From Pseudomonadota bacterium (GTDB lineage Bacteria; Pseudomonadota; Alphaproteobacteria; Rhodospirillales; Magnetospirillaceae): a stretch of 64,000 nt of DNA. A program made the position numbers and the translations under genes. Shown here one piece after another: positions 61,663 to 64,000 of this stretch. Within the stretch, counting starts at the first letter, position 1, and each line of letters opens with the position of its first letter. The stretch is from NCBI GenBank assembly GCA_021847015.1, contig JAJZVW010000018.1:2860-66859 (forward strand), given 5' to 3'. The notes beneath the pieces were generated by a model. That model did no database searches, was not told the origin of the DNA, and saw only the letters and a program-made list of their open reading frames with translations.

Positions 61663-64000
61663 ATGGCGACGAGCAGCACTTCAACCACCGTTACGACGCA
61701 AGCGCCGCTAATGTATGCGCCGCCGACGATGAACAGCCCGACGATCGTCGACCTGGCGAAAACGGGCGGCCAGACGACGTGGAATTTTTCCTCCACCCAG
61801 GATGTCGTCTTCATCGATTCGGCCCATACGGCGCTGAATCTGCCGAGCATCAAGATCCAGGGCGGCCACAACATCGAAGTCCTCGGCATCGACATGAAGA
61901 CGGCTCCCGGCAAGACGGGCGCCCTGATGTTCTATGGCGTGACCGGCACGGCTTATGTTGATGGCGTGCACATCGACAACAGCAAGGCCTCGGGCACCGA
62001 CGGAATCGACATCGCCGGCGGTGCGAAAACCAGCCTGGTGATCCAGAACTCCAGCATCGAGAACGTCAACGGCGCCAAGACGGGCGGACAGGCCGCGGGC
62101 GGCAACGGTCACGCCGACGCGCTTCAGACGCACGGCCCCGTCGGCGGGGAGATCAATCTCTACAACGTGCATATGAGCACGAACTACCAGGGCATCTTCC
62201 TCGCGCCGCAATACGGCAGCACCCCTGGCACCAACGAGCCGTCCGCTCTCAACCTGACGAACGTCGATCTGCACTATACGGGTCCGACCGACAACAACGG
62301 CAATTCGCACAGCTACCTGCTCTGGACCGTCGATGGGCCGAGCGAAAACGCCTATCCCGTGACGTTCAACAACGTCTATGTCGCACCGCGTGCGGGACAG
62401 GACGCCGGAACCCTCGCGGTCTGGCCGACGACGAACGCGGGCCAGACCAACAGCAAGATGGCGGCCCACGAAAGCGGCAACTCCATCACGTGGCCGGGCC
62501 TTCCCTACACGGGCTCGGTGACGGTCGGCGATCACGCGTCCTTCACGGATTCGTCGAAGATCGGCACGAACTTCGCCGACACCCAGGCCATCCTCGACGC
62601 CTCCACCAAGGGGACGCCGGTTGCGACCAACGGCGGTGCCAGCGCGTCGTCCCCGGCCACTCCGCCGCCAAGCGCCACGTCCGCATCCGCGCCCGCGACC
62701 TCGACCGACACCACCCACACCGGCACGTCGGCCACGGATCCCGCCGCCAGCACCGGCTCGTCGTCCGCCACTCACGCGCCGAGCCCCACGGCTCCGTCCG
62801 CGCCCGCATCCACCGCCTCGGCCGACACCACCCACACCGGCACGTCGGCCACGGCCCCCGCCGCCGGCACCGGATCGTCGTCCGCCACTCATTCGGCCGG
62901 CGCCACGGCTCCGTCCACAGCCGCGTCCCCGGCCTCAGCCGATACCACCCACACGGGCACGGCGGCCGCAACGACGTCTGCCTCCCACACCGCCGAGATG
63001 CCGCTCAAGTGGGCGCCGCCGACGATGAACAATCCGACGATCGTCGATCTGGCCAAGACCGGCAGCCAGACCTACTGGAACTTCGCCAACAATCAGGACG
63101 TCATCGTCATCGACTCGGCGCACACGACCGTGAACCTGCCCAAAATCCAGTTCCAGGGCGGGCATAACATCGAGGTTCTCGGCATCGACATGCAGACGGC
63201 TCCCGGCCAGACGGGCGCCATCCAGTTCGACGGCATCACCGGTACGGCCTTCGTCGACGGCGTGCATATCGACAACAGCAAGGCGTCGGGAACGGACGGC
63301 ATCGACATCGCCGGCGGCAACAACGGCAAAGGCGTCAGTCTGATCGTCCAGAACACCAGCATCGAGAACGTCAACGGCGCGTACTCGGGAGGCCAGGCCT
63401 CCAACAGCAACGGACATGCGGACGGGATTCAAATGCAGGGCCCGGTCGGCGGCGCCCTCAACCTGTCCAACGTCCACATCACCACGAACTACGAGGGCCT
63501 CTTCCTCGCGCCGCAATACAGCACCGCGCCGTCCTCGGCGACGTTCAGCAACGTCGATCTGCACTACACCAGCGCGGCGGCGAACGACGGGTCGCACACC
63601 ACCTACCTGCTCTGGACGCTCGACGGCGGGAACGAGAAGCCTTACCCGATCACGTTCGACAACGTCTACGTGCAGCCACGCGCCGGCCAGCAGGCCATCG
63701 AATCGGCCGTGTGGCCCAAGGCGGAAGGCGGCGCCGTCCAGAACGGCGACCAGATCAGCTGGCCCAACCTGCCCTATAAGGGCAGCGTCACGGTCGGCGA
63801 TCACGCCTCGTTCGCCGACACTTCGAAGATCGGGGTGCACTTCGCCGACACCCAGGCCATCATCGACGCTTCCTCCAGCGGGACGTCGGTCGCAACCTCG
63901 GGCGGTTCGAGCGGCCCGGCCGGCAGCGCCTCCGCAACCACCGCCACCGACCCCGGCACGACGACCGGCTCGGCGGCCTCGACCCCGGCCACGGCCGCGC
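61663..64000 (+). CDS. Large modular repeat protein, N-terminal 779 codons (continues beyond right edge; absent from supplied ORF track)
   Basis: Own translation: the ATG at 61663 opens a frame with no stop to 64000. Two ~300-aa modules (nt 61705-62610 and 63001-63880) repeat with a 1296-nt period, and a Thr/Ser/Ala/Pro-rich linker follows each of the two modules. Third-position GC and the in-frame duplication support coding on the plus strand. Minus-strand track ORFs 61708..62892 and 62935..63840 are shadows. Confidence 0.85.
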   Translation, partial: MATSSTSTTVTTQAPLMYAPPTMNSPTIVDLAKTGGQTTWNFSSTQDVVFIDSAHTALNLPSIKIQGGHNIEVLGIDMKTAPGKTGALMFYGVTGTAYVDGVHIDNSKASGTDGIDIAGGAKTSLVIQNSSIENVNGAKTGGQAAGGNGHADALQTHGPVGGEINLYNVHMSTNYQGIFLAPQYGSTPGTNEPSALNLTNVDLHYTGPTDNNGNSHSYLLWTVDGPSENAYPVTFNNVYVAPRAGQDAGTLAVWPTTNAGQTNSKMAAHESGNSITWPGLPYTGSVTVGDHASFTDSSKIGTNFADTQAILDASTKGTPVATNGGASASSPATPPPSATSASAPATSTDTTHTGTSATDPAASTGSSSATHAPSPTAPSAPASTASADTTHTGTSATAPAAGTGSSSATHSAGATAPSTAASPASADTTHTGTAAATTSASHTAEMPLKWAPPTMNNPTIVDLAKTGSQTYWNFANNQDVIVIDSAHTTVNLPKIQFQGGHNIEVLGIDMQTAPGQTGAIQFDGITGTAFVDGVHIDNSKASGTDGIDIAGGNNGKGVSLIVQNTSIENVNGAYSGGQASNSNGHADGIQMQGPVGGALNLSNVHITTNYEGLFLAPQYSTAPSSATFSNVDLHYTSAAANDGSHTTYLLWTLDGGNEKPYPITFDNVYVQPRAGQQAIESAVWPKAEGGAVQNGDQISWPNLPYKGSVTVGDHASFADTSKIGVHFADTQAIIDASSSGTSVATSGGSSGPAGSASATTATDPGTTTGSAASTPATAA
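62707..62975 (+). repeat. 117-bp (39-codon) tandem repeat, ~2.3 copies, inside the linker of the modular protein
   Basis: GACACCACCCACACCGGCACGTCGGCCACGG starts at 62707 and again at 62824. A related GATACCACCCACACGGGCACGGCGGCC starts at 62941. It encodes repeats of ADTTHTGTSAT...GSSSATH...APS. Confidence 0.85.

Noticed and set aside
62700-62975. Possible CRISPR-like or non-coding tandem array
   Set aside because: The 117-nt units are contiguous (no spacers), in frame, and encode a Thr/Ser/Ala-rich protein linker. No cas genes are present.
61708-63840. Two long minus-strand ORFs (394 aa and 301 aa) rich in Arg/Gly/Val/Asp
   Set aside because: Antisense to the plus-strand modular gene. That gene's two modules are duplicated in frame (1,296-nt period) and are homologous to an independent gene at 25543..26520. 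The minus-strand translations are low-complexity.

Overview
64 kb of high-GC proteobacterial DNA; the gene content looks alphaproteobacterial (inference). It splits into two compositionally different parts.

Part 1 (1 to ~21,470) is a lower-GC accessory island. It carries:
- a LuxI/LuxR quorum-sensing pair (the luxI-type gene runs off the left edge and is missing from the supplied ORF track);
- an ArsR-headed eight-gene minus-strand operon: P1B-type ATPase, DUF3105, CcdA, TlpA-like thioredoxin, an unknown membrane protein and a MacB/FtsX-type ABC exporter;
- a plus-strand block: binding protein, DsbD-alpha-like protein, DUF302, two SAM methyltransferases, a Met-rich protein and two SHOCT proteins;
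- a CusCBA/CzcCBA-type HME-RND efflux operon and an excisionase-like HTH gene.
The island ends at a truncated radC 3' fragment, where GC jumps from 47% to 73% across position 21,470 (hand count of 110 nt on each side).

Part 2 (~21,470 to 64,000) looks like core chromosome. It carries:
- an MCP and a membrane-anchored ParA-like ATPase;
- a complete Caulobacter-type cpa/tad Flp-pilus locus (two flp genes, cpaA-F, tadB/C/D, TadE/TadG-like pseudopilins) and a Crp/Fnr regulator;
- pyk, two SAICAR-synthetase genes, purS, purB and gabD;
- a REC-PAS-GGDEF-EAL protein with a CheY-like partner, and two tandem Cys-less DsrC/TusE-like genes;
- several DUF proteins.

At least eight copies of a palindromic REP/MITE-like element, plus one unrelated 181-bp MITE-like element, sit in intergenic gaps. 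I saw them only in part 2.

The most unusual item is a large plus-strand gene from 61,663 to beyond 64,000, absent from the ORF track because it has no stop in the window. It is built from tandem ~300-aa modules of a domain I cannot assign to a named family (beta-helix-like by inference), separated by Thr/Ser/Ala/Pro linkers. The only other copy in the window is a signal-peptide-bearing single-module protein encoded as the last gene of the tad pseudopilin operon, 35 kb away.

No rRNA, tRNA or CRISPR array was found. Many long ORFs in the track are antisense or alternate-frame shadows typical of high-GC DNA.
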